Assembly: GCA_965261395.1 (NCBI GenBank)
Contig: OZ253462.1
Location: forward strand, 1,312,001 to 1,376,000
Direction: 5' to 3'
Length of the DNA: 64,000 nucleotides
Source: Candidatus Latescibacterota bacterium
Lineage (GTDB): Bacteria; Latescibacterota; UBA2968; UBA8231
The position numbers and the translations under genes are program-made. Below the pieces are notes generated by a model, which had not been told where the DNA came from, ran no database searches, and was given only the letters and a program-made list of their open reading frames with translations. Positions 52,200-61,822 of this stretch are shown in pieces. How positions within the stretch are numbered: position 1 is the first letter of the stretch; each line of letters opens with the position of its first letter.

Positions 52200-53777
52200 T
52201 CAGTGAGCTATAGCCAATTCGACGCCGGTCAGTATCACTTGCTCGCGGCGATCTTTTTGCCCTGCCACTAGCCGCACGACGATCTCGTTGATCCCCTGCC
52301 GCAAAAAAGAACCATCCACTGCAAATTCCACGCTGACCCCTTCCATTTTCCCCTCGACCGGACGGGTGGGATAGCTGGCCCAAAACAGCGGTGCTGCCTG
52401 CTGGCGTGCCCAGCCCTCGCCGCTGACTTGAGCTTGATCCCAAGGGAGGGCGTGGCCGTTGAGAACGACTTCGAGGCGGTCTTCCGGGGGCAAGCGATCC
52501 AAACGCAAGGCCAAGCCGCCGGTGGCGTCGGCTACCTCATCGACAACGCGGATGCGAAGCGTCGGCCCCAAACTCGGGCTTTCAGCAGGCAAAGGCACGG
52601 GAAGCTGCGTCGAGGGGTTGGCCAAGCGGAAGGCGGCGCTGTGGCCCTCCGTGGGGCTGAAGGACATGGTACCGCTGATTTCATAGCACTTGTCGAGTTT
52701 TTTCAGGGTTTCGAGGTCGGAAAACTCAGCGGCGGTTTGGCGGTTCCATTCGGGCGACATGGTGTAGAAGTTGTACAGATAAATGCCGTCGGCCCCGTCG
52801 GTGAGCCAGCGCAGGGCCAAGGCGCGGAGGAAGCGCCGGTCGCTGTGGCGGGTGGCCTCAATGCAGCCATAGACGAGGCAGGGAGTAGAGGCCGCAGCGC
52901 GGACGAATTCATCGACCGGAGTTTCAAACGAGATAAAGCCGCCGCCAACGACGACGATATCGACGAGGCCGGTCTCGATCCATTCGTCAACGTCGAGGCC
53001 AATGCTCCGGGAATCGGCCAAAGTCGGCGGGACGCGGACGGCCAGTTGCAACGGTTTGCCCCGTTGGGCACTGACCTCGTCGAGCCGCGCCCTGATCTTT
53101 TGCACCAGATCGGTCATTAGGTAGCTGTTGGCCGTGGCTTCGGCCATGCGGAAGAAGGCCGAATGGCGCATGAAGTCGAGTTCGATGCCATCGACGTCAA
53201 AGCGCTCAAAGACCTCGCAGGCGATGCGCCGCATGTGTTCGCGCACCTCGGGGTGGGCGTAGTCGAGGCCGGTGCGGATGCCCCACTCAACTGACTTTTC
53301 GGGGAATTCTTCGCCGGGGCGGCCAATGAGCAGGTGGGGCTGCTGGCGGCGGAAGCGACCGTAGCCGGGATGGGTCGGGTCGATCACGTAGTGGCTGTTC
53401 ATGCGCACGCGCGGGAAGAAAGGGATCTCCGCCTCCCGGCACAGTCGCGCAAGCGCAGTCAACGGCCCGCCGCACTCGGCAATCAGACCTTGTAGGTTGG
53501 CGGCGAGTTGCTCTTCGACGCCGGGCGTGGCCGAGTGGACGAAGGAAGGGGCTGTCGCGTCGAGGCCGCTGCTTTCGTCACCGAATCGCTCGCCAATCTC
53601 CGTCTCGAAATGATACACCTCGTGATCGCCCGTGCTCCACCAGAGCGCGCCGCCAGTGCCAGCATAGCCGTCGACGACTTTTTCCTTTAGGTCAGCGACG
53701 GTGACGTTTTTCTCGGCTGTGAAAATCCAGCCGTCGTCAGTGAAGATGATGGGCGGTGCCTTGGGCTTGGGGGCCAT
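52200..53777 (-). CDS. Glycoside-hydrolase-like TIM-barrel protein (GHL10/DUF187-like)
   Basis: RVRMN.H, LDYAHPEVR, DVDGIELDFMR, GADGIYLYNF. Confidence 0.7.
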   Translation of the reverse strand: MAPKPKAPPIIFTDDGWIFTAEKNVTVADLKEKVVDGYAGTGGALWWSTGDHEVYHFETEIGERFGDESSGLDATAPSFVHSATPGVEEQLAANLQGLIAECGGPLTALARLCREAEIPFFPRVRMNSHYVIDPTHPGYGRFRRQQPHLLIGRPGEEFPEKSVEWGIRTGLDYAHPEVREHMRRIACEVFERFDVDGIELDFMRHSAFFRMAEATANSYLMTDLVQKIRARLDEVSAQRGKPLQLAVRVPPTLADSRSIGLDVDEWIETGLVDIVVVGGGFISFETPVDEFVRAAASTPCLVYGCIEATRHSDRRFLRALALRWLTDGADGIYLYNFYTMSPEWNRQTAAEFSDLETLKKLDKCYEISGTMSFSPTEGHSAAFRLANPSTQLPVPLPAESPSLGPTLRIRVVDEVADATGGLALRLDRLPPEDRLEVVLNGHALPWDQAQVSGEGWARQQAAPLFWASYPTRPVEGKMEGVSVEFAVDGSFLRQGINEIVVRLVAGQKDRREQVILTGVELAIAH

Positions 53778-53790
53778 GTCGCTTCCTCCG

Positions 53791-54867
53791 CTAACAGTCT
53801 AGATAGGCTTTGATGATGTCGATGATCAGGGCGATGTCGCAGCGGGCCTCTTCCAAGGGAGTACGCGGCTGCGCGCCCTCAGTGATGCAGGCGTGGAAGT
53901 GCTTCATCTCGCGGACGAAGGGGCCTTCCCACGCAATGGCTGGGCGGTGGACGACGGCCTCGCCGGCCTCGTCGAGAGTCTGAATCTCCAAGGTGGAGAG
54001 GATCCCCCGCGAAAAGCCGGTCGGATAAGAGAGCAACACGCGGCGGTCGTCCCCGCAAACTTCGAGGGTCTCCTTGAAGTCGCGCACATCCCTCAGCTCG
54101 ACCCAAGTGGCCGCACAGCGCGCGCCGTTTGGGTATGCGAGCATAGTGCTGACGCCCCAGCCGTCGTACCAGATTTCGGTGCTGGCGACCCGTTCGGGTA
54201 CGCCCATGATGGCGCGCAAGCCGTAGATGTCGTGGATCATGCTGCCGGCGAGGTGGCCAAAGGCAGCTTGCACGTCGGCGGGGACTTCGCCGATGGCTTC
54301 GCGCACGGCCGCAGCGCGCGCCGCGCTTGTCCGCTCGACGGCATCAGCGGGCAAATCGTCGGTGCGGTGCAGGCGGAAGTGCGCGAGGTGATGCGAGTTG
54401 TTGGTGTGCAGGTGGTGGATCTGCACGAAGCGGATTGCGGCCATGTCAGCGGCAGCGCGGGCCGCGGCCTCAAAGGCCGGATCGTACACCTTCATATAAC
54501 CAGCCAAGCCAACGGTGCCAGCCGCCTGCCGGGCGGCAATGATCCGATCGGCCTCTTGCAGCGAGAAGCAGATCGGCTTTTCGATAAAGACGTGTTTGCC
54601 AGCCTCAAAGGCGGCGACGGCGATCTCGGTCTTGGGATCGGTGTGGCACAAGAGCACGGCGTCGAGATCCGCGGCGAGCAGCGTGCGCCAGTCGTTGGTG
54701 TGGTATGGCACGTGAAACTCTTGCGCCACGGTCTGCGCCAAGGTCGGCGAGAGGTCGCAGACCATCTCGACGAAAAACAGGTCCTTGAGCGCGGTGAGGT
54801 TGGGCAGGTGCTGGACTTGGGCGACGGCCCCGCAGCCGATGACGCCGATGCGGATAGGATTTTTCAT
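53791..54867 (-). CDS. Gfo/Idh/MocA family oxidoreductase
   Basis: IGVIGCGAVA, GKHVFIEKP. Confidence 0.92.
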   Translation of the reverse strand: MKNPIRIGVIGCGAVAQVQHLPNLTALKDLFFVEMVCDLSPTLAQTVAQEFHVPYHTNDWRTLLAADLDAVLLCHTDPKTEIAVAAFEAGKHVFIEKPICFSLQEADRIIAARQAAGTVGLAGYMKVYDPAFEAAARAAADMAAIRFVQIHHLHTNNSHHLAHFRLHRTDDLPADAVERTSAARAAAVREAIGEVPADVQAAFGHLAGSMIHDIYGLRAIMGVPERVASTEIWYDGWGVSTMLAYPNGARCAATWVELRDVRDFKETLEVCGDDRRVLLSYPTGFSRGILSTLEIQTLDEAGEAVVHRPAIAWEGPFVREMKHFHACITEGAQPRTPLEEARCDIALIIDIIKAYLDC

Positions 54868-55011
54868 AAGCGGTGTACCACGGTTGAATGGAAGGGAGTG
54901 TTAGGTGCTCAATATGGCGAAAAATAGAACGGCCCCTTTCCTGCCACAAGGCAAAAGGAGTCTTGCTAGCCAGCTTGGACGACGTATCTTGCTATGCCGT
55001 ATAGGAGGTGC

Positions 55012-55250
55012 ATGACTTTGACCAATCTATTTTTTGATCAGCCCGTTTTCAACTCGTCATATGAGTACCCGGTCAAGCGTTGGGAACTGGAAGAGAGAGC
55101 AACTGACCCAAGAGATCGTCAAAGGCCGGAGGCCAGTTCAATTCATCACGCCGATCCCGCAGCCGAAGAAGCAGCGAGACGGGCAACAAAATCGCCGTGA
55201 AGGTGGTCAATCTTCTGGGGGACGAGGTGATGAAGATGTTTCGGATGTGA
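55012..55250 (+). pseudogene. Type III-like restriction-modification scar: Res N-terminus joined to MTase C-terminus
   Basis: FFDQPVFNSSYEYPVKRWEL / RRPVQFITPIPQPKK (Res start, frameshifted), then KIAVKVVNLLGDEVMKMFRM* (MTase end). Confidence 0.7.
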
Positions 55251-55584
55251 GGGGAAGGAAGAGATAGTTTGTAGTTGTGAAGGAGATGGACGATTTTTAT
55301 ATTGGCGAAGTTAAAGCGAGGAAGTGAGCGCGGTGATAAGACAGTGGATGCGAAGGAATCAAGCTGATTGCGGACTAAACAAAGAGGTGTAATGACTGAT
55401 CAAGAGATACAAGAATTGATAACATCTCCCAAGAAAATTAAAAAGAGGGAGCCTGCTGAAGGGTACAATGAAAGAGACAGCCACAGACGTTGCAATCTGG
55501 TATTGGAAGATGCCTCGGGCGATGAAAGAGTCCTTTCTGTTTTTATTCGTCAGAATATCTTTTTCGGAATAAGTAGTATTTGGC

Positions 55585-55613
55585 TTGACATATCCTCTTT
55601 ATCTTCGTATATT
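55585..55613 (+). promoter_or_regulatory. Transposase promoter overlapping the left IR
   Basis: TTGACA-17bp-TATATT. Confidence 0.7.
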
Positions 55614-55638
55614 TACAGTAAGAAAAGGGAGATACGCC

Positions 55639-56511
55639 ATGAACCTAATCACCATTTTTAATCAGTTCCCCGACCAACAATCTTGCATCGCTCATTTGGA
55701 GGCGATCCGCTGGCCGGAGCAAGCCTTTTGCCCACAATGTAGTAGCGACCGCGTAGCTCGCAAAGCTGAAAAAACGCTGGTTGGCCGGTGGAATTGCCAT
55801 AAGTGCAAGTCGAGCTTTAACGTGCTGGCTGGTACCATTTTTAGCGGTACTCAAATCCCTCTGCAAAAGTGGTTTTTGGCAATCAGCTTAATGGCCAATG
55901 CGAAGAAGAGCTTGTCGAGCTATCAATTGGCCCGCGACTTGGAACTAAACCAGAAAACGGCATGGTACATGCAACAGCGTATCCGCGCGGCAATGGCAAG
56001 CGACGAAGGGGCCTTGTTGCAAGGAATCATTGAGGCGGACGAAACCTATCTCGGCGGCAAGCCGCGCCACAAGGACAAGGACAACAGGCGCGGTCGTGGA
56101 GCTTCGGGCAAAACCTCCGTCGTGGGAGCCGTCCAGCGCAAGGGCGAAGTCAGGGCCGAAGTTACCGACGATACCAAGGGCGCGACCGTCTTGGGCTTTA
56201 TCGAGCAGTCCGTAGAGCCGGAAGAATCCGCGCTTATCACCGACGAGTACAAAGCCTACACCAAAGCCTACAAGCTTATGCCCCATCGCGTCGTCAATCA
56301 CGGTGAAGGCTTTGTCGATGCCGACGACAAGACCCTCCACACCAACACCATTGAAGGCTTTTGGAGCTTGCTTAAGCGAGCATGGTACGGCTCACACCAC
56401 AAGTACACCAAAGGCTGGTCGCCACTGTTTGTGGCTGAGGCTGTCTGGAAGTATAACCATCGCAAGGATGACGATAGCTTTAACGGCCTATTGAGGACTT
56501 GCTTCGCGTAG
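55639..56511 (+). CDS. IS1595 family transposase
   Basis: CPQC...CHKC zinc ribbon, IEADETYLGG, ITDEY, HTNTIEGFWSLLKR. Confidence 0.95.
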   Translation: MNLITIFNQFPDQQSCIAHLEAIRWPEQAFCPQCSSDRVARKAEKTLVGRWNCHKCKSSFNVLAGTIFSGTQIPLQKWFLAISLMANAKKSLSSYQLARDLELNQKTAWYMQQRIRAAMASDEGALLQGIIEADETYLGGKPRHKDKDNRRGRGASGKTSVVGAVQRKGEVRAEVTDDTKGATVLGFIEQSVEPEESALITDEYKAYTKAYKLMPHRVVNHGEGFVDADDKTLHTNTIEGFWSLLKRAWYGSHHKYTKGWSPLFVAEAVWKYNHRKDDDSFNGLLRTCFA

Positions 56512-56681
56512 CAACTTGACGCACATCTCCTTAGTGTACTAAATTGTCAGTACACTAAGGAGGTATAGCATGGATGGTACTCTGAGTACTAACAAAAAAG
56601 AAGCGACTTACAAGAAAATAATATTTTTCCAGAAAGACCAAAAATATCAGATAGAAGACTATCTAAACTCAAAAGTTATAA

Positions 56682-57613
56682 GAAGCCGTCTGAAAACTAT
56701 ATTTTTTCTATTTGATCCGTTTGAGCAGCAAGTGGATCATAGCAATCTGGATCAAGGCTTCGCTATGGTGGGTCAACACCTCATAATCTCGGGCATGTCG
56801 GCGAAAATTCATCAACCACGCAAACGTGCGCTCGACGACCCAACGGCGTGGTAACACCTCAAAGCCGGGGCCTTGTTTGGCGACGACTTCCAAGTCTATT
56901 TTGTGCGTCTTTTTTACGTTAGCCACCCACGTTCGGATCGGATCGCCTCGATAGCCGCCATCGCCCCACAGTTTGCGTAACCGGGCTACGCCGGAGGCCC
57001 CCAAGCGGGTCAACACCTGCTTGAGGCCGTCCCGATCCTCTACATCGGCGGCGGTGACCACCACCTGTCTAAGCAAGCCCGAGGTGTCGACCAACAGATG
57101 ACGCTTGCGCCCCTTGACCTTTTTTCCGGCGTCATAACCGGTTGTTTTACCATGGGTTGCCGTCTTGATCGTCTGACTATCGACTACGCCAGCCGACGGC
57201 GTTGGAGCCCGTCCGTTGAGGCGGCGTTCCCGCTGGGTGAGTCGATCCAATACCTGCGGCCAGACCCCTTGTAGACTCCAGCGACGAAAGTAATCATACA
57301 CCGTTTTCCACGGTCCAAAACAAGAAGGCAACAAAGCCCAAGGACAACCGGTCTTGGTCAGATACAAAAGGCCGTTGACGATCTGGCGTCGATCCCGCGG
57401 TGGCCGACCCGGACCGTTCGGCTGCCATGTCGAAGCCGGCAGCAACGGTTCGATCCGACGCCATTGCACATCGGTTACATCGGTGGCATATTGCCTACTA
57501 GGCGTACTCATCATACGAGCCTTTCTGTTCAGATTTTGTCGCGAAACCTGAATATGGCTCGATGAGTACGCCGATTCAAATACCGGCTACAGCAAGGGTT
57601 TTCAGACGGCTTC
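56682..57613 (-). mobile_element. IS5 family element (IS1031-like), 932 bp, apparently identical to 18345-19276
   Basis: Same IRs; TAA duplication at 56679-56681 and 57614-57616. Confidence 0.95.
56708..57514 (-). CDS. IS5 family transposase
   Basis: Translation identical to 18371-19177. Confidence 0.95.
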   Translation of the reverse strand: MMSTPSRQYATDVTDVQWRRIEPLLPASTWQPNGPGRPPRDRRQIVNGLLYLTKTGCPWALLPSCFGPWKTVYDYFRRWSLQGVWPQVLDRLTQRERRLNGRAPTPSAGVVDSQTIKTATHGKTTGYDAGKKVKGRKRHLLVDTSGLLRQVVVTAADVEDRDGLKQVLTRLGASGVARLRKLWGDGGYRGDPIRTWVANVKKTHKIDLEVVAKQGPGFEVLPRRWVVERTFAWLMNFRRHARDYEVLTHHSEALIQIAMIHLLLKRIK

Positions 57614-57909
57614 TAAGAATTTCTCCATCATCAGTTGTTGTCATTGTAGGCAAAGAGATCCAATCTGTTTCCTGATCTCCTTTCCCATAACGTATTCTTA
57701 CTTCGTAATTTTTATTCGGAAACAGATTTTGAATTACTATCCCATTTTCGACCTGTCGAAAATTACTATTCCCAGTCGGACGAATAAATTCAGGTTCATC
57801 TGCTAAACGGTATTCTACATCAGTCCAAATCCGTTCATCAGCCATCGTCTAGCTCCTTCTAGTTGATGGTTAGGTGGCTCCAGTCTCGGTAACTGGGGCC
57901 GCTATTAGA

Positions 57910-57997
57910 GCGCAGCAGGTAGTTAGAACATATCTTTATCCTTAGTTCCGCGGTACACGGAGCCACCGGGCATTACAGCCCGGACTACCTGCTGCGC
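57910..57997 (-). ncRNA. Candidate structured RNA (multi-stem leader) in the IS1595 passenger region
   Basis: 14-bp closing stem gcgcagcaggtagt / actacctgctgcgc enclosing ccgggc-tgtaat-gcccgg and tccgtg-tac-cgcgga hairpins. Confidence 0.4.
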
Positions 57998-58380
57998 CTT
58001 TTATAGTGGGCAAAAGTACTACAGACAGACTACCAAGTCAAGCCAAATACTACTTATTCCGATCTTTTTTATAGAAAATTTTTCTATTGGTTTGGTCTAT
58101 AAAACAAAAGATAAAGCGTTGGGGTCCATAACGCTTGTTCGCTACAATGGTCCGCACGGAGAAACGAGCCGGAATAAGGACGGTCATTACGCCAAGTCAC
58201 ATATACACCGTATAACTGCTGAGGAAGTTCAGTCTGGCATTATGCAGCCGCAAGAGAAGCACAGAGAGATTACAGAAAGGTATAGCACGTTTGAAGGCGC
58301 TCTCAAGGCTTTTTTTGACGATGGGGGCATAGTGAATGGTTTAGAATACTTCCCTAAGTTGAGTCAAATGGGACTTTTCG

Positions 58381-59148
58381 ATGGACACCAATAAAGTAAT
58401 CCACCTTCTACACGACAGAGCCAAAACGGGCTTTGACGTCTATGAGCGAAGGCCTGGAGCATATCAACTTATAATCCCCATACTTCACGAAGACGGTGAT
58501 ATGGTGGATATTTATTTGCAAGATAGTCCTAAAGGTGAAAACTATGTCCGTGTCTGTGATTTTGGCATGGCTGTTATGCGTCTTTCTTACACCTATGAAA
58601 TAAATACGGATTCCCGGCGGAGAATTTTTGAAAGCATTTTAATGAACAGTGGGGTTCAAAATGAGGAAGGAAACCTTTATTTAGATACTTCCCTTGAGAT
58701 GGTCTACGAGAGTATTCTTCAGCTTGCAGGTTGTGTGCAGAAAGTATGCAATATGCGCTATTGGAGCAGAGAGATCGTCCGATCTACATTCTATGAAGAC
58801 CTTAAAGAGTATACCACGACAGAGTTGAGAAAATTCGACCCGCAGCCGGACATCACGCCTATTGCCAATTATGAACTAATCACTATAGATTGGTCTTTGA
58901 GTTACAACAATCGTAAATTTTACCTTTTTGGAGTACGCGGAAACAGTAAAGCAAAAAGCACGGCTATCGCACTGTTGGAGCTCAAAAGAGCGGGTCTCCT
59001 GTTTACCAGTCTGGTAGTACATGAGGACATGCTGGAATTGGGAACTAAGGAAGCCGCCTATCTTACTAAGAATGCCGATAAGCAATATCTAAAGCTGGAT
59101 GATTTTCGAGAAGGCGTAGTATCCGATATTAGCAGGATTGCGGCATGA
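58381..59148 (+). CDS. DUF1828 domain-containing protein
   Basis: IIPILHEDGDMVDIYL...VCDFGMAVMRLSY, STFYEDL; overlaps the upstream gene end by 14 bp. Confidence 0.75.
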   Translation: MDTNKVIHLLHDRAKTGFDVYERRPGAYQLIIPILHEDGDMVDIYLQDSPKGENYVRVCDFGMAVMRLSYTYEINTDSRRRIFESILMNSGVQNEEGNLYLDTSLEMVYESILQLAGCVQKVCNMRYWSREIVRSTFYEDLKEYTTTELRKFDPQPDITPIANYELITIDWSLSYNNRKFYLFGVRGNSKAKSTAIALLELKRAGLLFTSLVVHEDMLELGTKEAAYLTKNADKQYLKLDDFREGVVSDISRIAA

Positions 59149-59294
59149 GTCTTGTTATACGGCTCTGATCCAACAACAAGAGGATTGGAATTCAATCGAC
59201 AGGAAGCAATTCGGGAGGTGGAAGGCGAGTATAATAAAATCGCCATTCTACCTCCTTCTTTCTTAAGCATCCGCTGTCATTTTCTGCCCCTGAT

Positions 59295-59939
59295 TTATCC
59301 CACCTTGCCGACGCGCGGCGTCAAGTCGTTCCACAGATCGGCCATTGCGTAGGCCCGCTTTAAGCTCTGGTACACGTCTTGCCACATGGCCTCGCGCAGT
59401 TCGGTGGCCTGTGCTTGGTCGCCGGCCGCGAGAGCCGCCTTGAGTTGGTCGCTCCTTGCTGCTTGGGCGGTCGCTTGGTCGCTGGCGGCCTGGGCTAGGT
59501 CGGCTGACGCGGCGGTGAAGTTGTCGATGAGTTCGTCGATGGGCGTGTCGGTGTCCGTCTCCACGTCGTACGAACTAGAGGGCTGGAAATGGGTCGAGTG
59601 GCGGGTGCCGTCGGGATCGCGGCCGGTGTGGGTCGGTTGGATGTGGGGCGTTACTGACAGGTACATGACCATTGGTTCGTCGCCGATCACCCGCACCTGA
59701 TGAATCTCGTCGGCGAGGGCAACGCAGAGCTGACCCGCGCACAGCTCCTGTTCGCTACCAGCGATGTGGAAGACGCAGCGGCCTTGCAGGATGAGGAAAA
59801 TCTCGTGGCCGAGATCGTGGCTGTGCAGGCCGGCCACCGCACCCGGCTCCATGCGTAGGAAGCGGGAGCGGATGTGCGGGGTGACGAGCAGGTTTTTGAT
59901 GTGTTCCTCTTGGCGAAAGTCGAAAATTTCAAAGGCCAT
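59295..59939 (-). CDS. Cupin domain protein
   Basis: LHSHDLGHEIFLILQG...DEIHQV; aggag RBS. Confidence 0.85.
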   Translation of the reverse strand: MAFEIFDFRQEEHIKNLLVTPHIRSRFLRMEPGAVAGLHSHDLGHEIFLILQGRCVFHIAGSEQELCAGQLCVALADEIHQVRVIGDEPMVMYLSVTPHIQPTHTGRDPDGTRHSTHFQPSSSYDVETDTDTPIDELIDNFTAASADLAQAASDQATAQAARSDQLKAALAAGDQAQATELREAMWQDVYQSLKRAYAMADLWNDLTPRVGKVG

Positions 59940-60067
59940 GAACAGGCTCCTTGCGGAAATAGATGGGAATGGTAAACGGGCCATTGCCAATATACCCAAG
60001 TCCAGCGTCCCTAAAAACGTCTATAGAGGAAGCTGCTCGTCGCTTCTGAACAGTTCGTCCGAACTTG

Positions 60068-61822
60068 TCAAACTTCGACGAATCCCTCCGGCAACCCCTC
60101 CCCTTTGACCAACGCCTCCTTTAGCGCCCGCGCATGTTGGCAAATCCCCCGATAAGAAAACCCCTTACAACTGCAACTTATATCGTTCCCTTCCCCTTCC
60201 AACTCGTAGAACGCCCCCGGCTTCGACGAACTGTCCACCCGGTACCGCGCTCGCTTTGGCCCTGCCAAGACCCGCGCCAACACCCGCACCGCTTCCGCCG
60301 ACGGCAAGCGCGACTTGGCCGCCGACTCGACGGCGGGCTGCGCGGCGACAAAAGCTGCCCCGGCCTCGCGCAACAATTCCACCACTTGCTGATCGTCCAT
60401 AGCGCCAGCAGACGGCGCGGGCAGCACCTCCATCACCCGCCGCAATTCGTCCATTACGTCGCGCTGGAAATCTCCGGGCAAGGCGCTGCCTTCGACTAGT
60501 TGGTCGATCAGCGCCGACTTGGTCTCGAGGACCGTCTTGACGAATTCGTCGATCGTGCCGCTGCCGACCATATAGGTGACGTTGACGGTTTGCTGTTGCC
60601 CGATGCGGTAGGCCCGGTCCTCAGCCTGCCAGTGATTAACCGGCACCCAGTCGAGATCGTTGAAGACCACCTGCCGCGCTGCCGTGAGGTTGAGCCCGAT
60701 GCCCCCGGCGGTAATCTGCGCGGCCAGCACCTGCACTGAATCGTCCTCCTGAAAGCGGTCGGCCAGTTGTTGCCGCTCACTCGCTGGCACTGCGCCGGTG
60801 ATGGCTACTGCCTTCTGGCCAAAGTGCTTGCGCAGCGTGTTGACGGGTGATAGATAACACGAGAAGACCAGCACCTTCTCGCCCTGTTCTAACGCATTTT
60901 CGACGAAGGGGATCGTGCTGCGGACCTTGGCGATGGCCAAGCGGTTGCGCGCAGTGGTCAACTGGCCCATGATCCAGCCCTGGCGCGAGCGGCGCTCGGC
61001 CTCGGTCTCGCCGGCAAGCTCGGCTTGGCCCCGGCGCGAGATGGTGTGCAACAGCTCCATCACCGCCTCGCTCATGTCGCGCGCCACCCGGCTGGCGACC
61101 TCCACGTCGAGCCAACTGCGGATCTTGGGCGGCAAGTCGAGTACCTCGGCCTTGGTGCGACGCAGCATGATGCCGTGCAATTGCACGGTCAGCTCTTCGA
61201 TGTTGGAGGCCCCGTCGGCGACCCAGCCATAGTCGCCCTTGTAGCCGTCGCAATAGCGCTTGGCAAACGAGACGAACGAACGTCCGAGTGCGTGGCGCGC
61301 CAACTGCAACAAGGGGAAGAGATCGCGCGGCCGGCTCGTCAATGGCGTGCCGGTCAAAAGGTGAACCACGGCCTCGTCGCCAACGGCCTTGACCAAGTCC
61401 AGCGACAGGCGGTGCCGCTGGCTGCGGTAGTTTTTGAGATAGTGGGCCTCGTCGAAGACTAGGCCGCTCCAGGCGTGTGCTGCCAGCGGGTGTTTGGCGA
61501 GAATGTCGTAGTTGATGACGACCCAGCCGGTATAGCCGGGCTCAGGCGCGGGTGCGGGGCCGACGATGGCGATCTCCGCCGTGGGTAGCACCAGCGCAAT
61601 CTCGCGCGCCCAGTTGATCTTGACCGCAGCCGGGCCGACGGCCAGATACGGTCCCTCGGGTCGGGCTTGGCGCATGGCCAGCACGGACTGCCGAGTCTTG
61701 CCCAGCCCCATGTCGTCGGCGAGGATGGCCCGCTGCCGACCCAACAAAAAGGCGATGCCCTCGACCTGATGGGCATATAGCCCGGCGGCTAGGGCTTCGG
61801 CCTGTTGTTGTGCCGTACTCAT
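60068..61822 (-). CDS. SNF2-family helicase with C-terminal SWIM zinc finger
   Basis: ADDMGLGKT, DEAH, TGTP, QAEDRAYRIGQ; CSCKGFSYRGICQH. Confidence 0.9.
   Translation of the reverse strand: MSTAQQQAEALAAGLYAHQVEGIAFLLGRQRAILADDMGLGKTRQSVLAMRQARPEGPYLAVGPAAVKINWAREIALVLPTAEIAIVGPAPAPEPGYTGWVVINYDILAKHPLAAHAWSGLVFDEAHYLKNYRSQRHRLSLDLVKAVGDEAVVHLLTGTPLTSRPRDLFPLLQLARHALGRSFVSFAKRYCDGYKGDYGWVADGASNIEELTVQLHGIMLRRTKAEVLDLPPKIRSWLDVEVASRVARDMSEAVMELLHTISRRGQAELAGETEAERRSRQGWIMGQLTTARNRLAIAKVRSTIPFVENALEQGEKVLVFSCYLSPVNTLRKHFGQKAVAITGAVPASERQQLADRFQEDDSVQVLAAQITAGGIGLNLTAARQVVFNDLDWVPVNHWQAEDRAYRIGQQQTVNVTYMVGSGTIDEFVKTVLETKSALIDQLVEGSALPGDFQRDVMDELRRVMEVLPAPSAGAMDDQQVVELLREAGAAFVAAQPAVESAAKSRLPSAEAVRVLARVLAGPKRARYRVDSSSKPGAFYELEGEGNDISCSCKGFSYRGICQHARALKEALVKGEGLPEGFVEV

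Larger units (their letters stand above)
56659..57845 (-). pseudogene. 83-aa passenger gene (fibronectin type III-like) interrupted near its 3' end by IS5
   Basis: aaggag RBS; VEYR...IQNLFPNKNYEVRIRY...TDW resembles the FN3 L.P...Y.V.V pattern; IS excision gives the end DGEILITFEFR*. Confidence 0.55.
55565..58061 (+). mobile_element. IS1595 family element with passenger region and nested IS5
   Basis: Perfect 25-bp IRs cggaataagtagtatttggcttgac / gtcaagccaaatactacttattccg; 8-bp duplication ATCTTTTT at 55557-55564 and 58062-58069. Confidence 0.95.
55392..58394 (+). pseudogene. 165-aa DUF6978-like gene interrupted by an IS1595-family element
   Basis: Excising 55565-58069 restores ...VFIRQNIFFIENFSIGLVYK...LVRYNGPHG...SHIH in frame. 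The family name is from recall. Confidence 0.75.
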
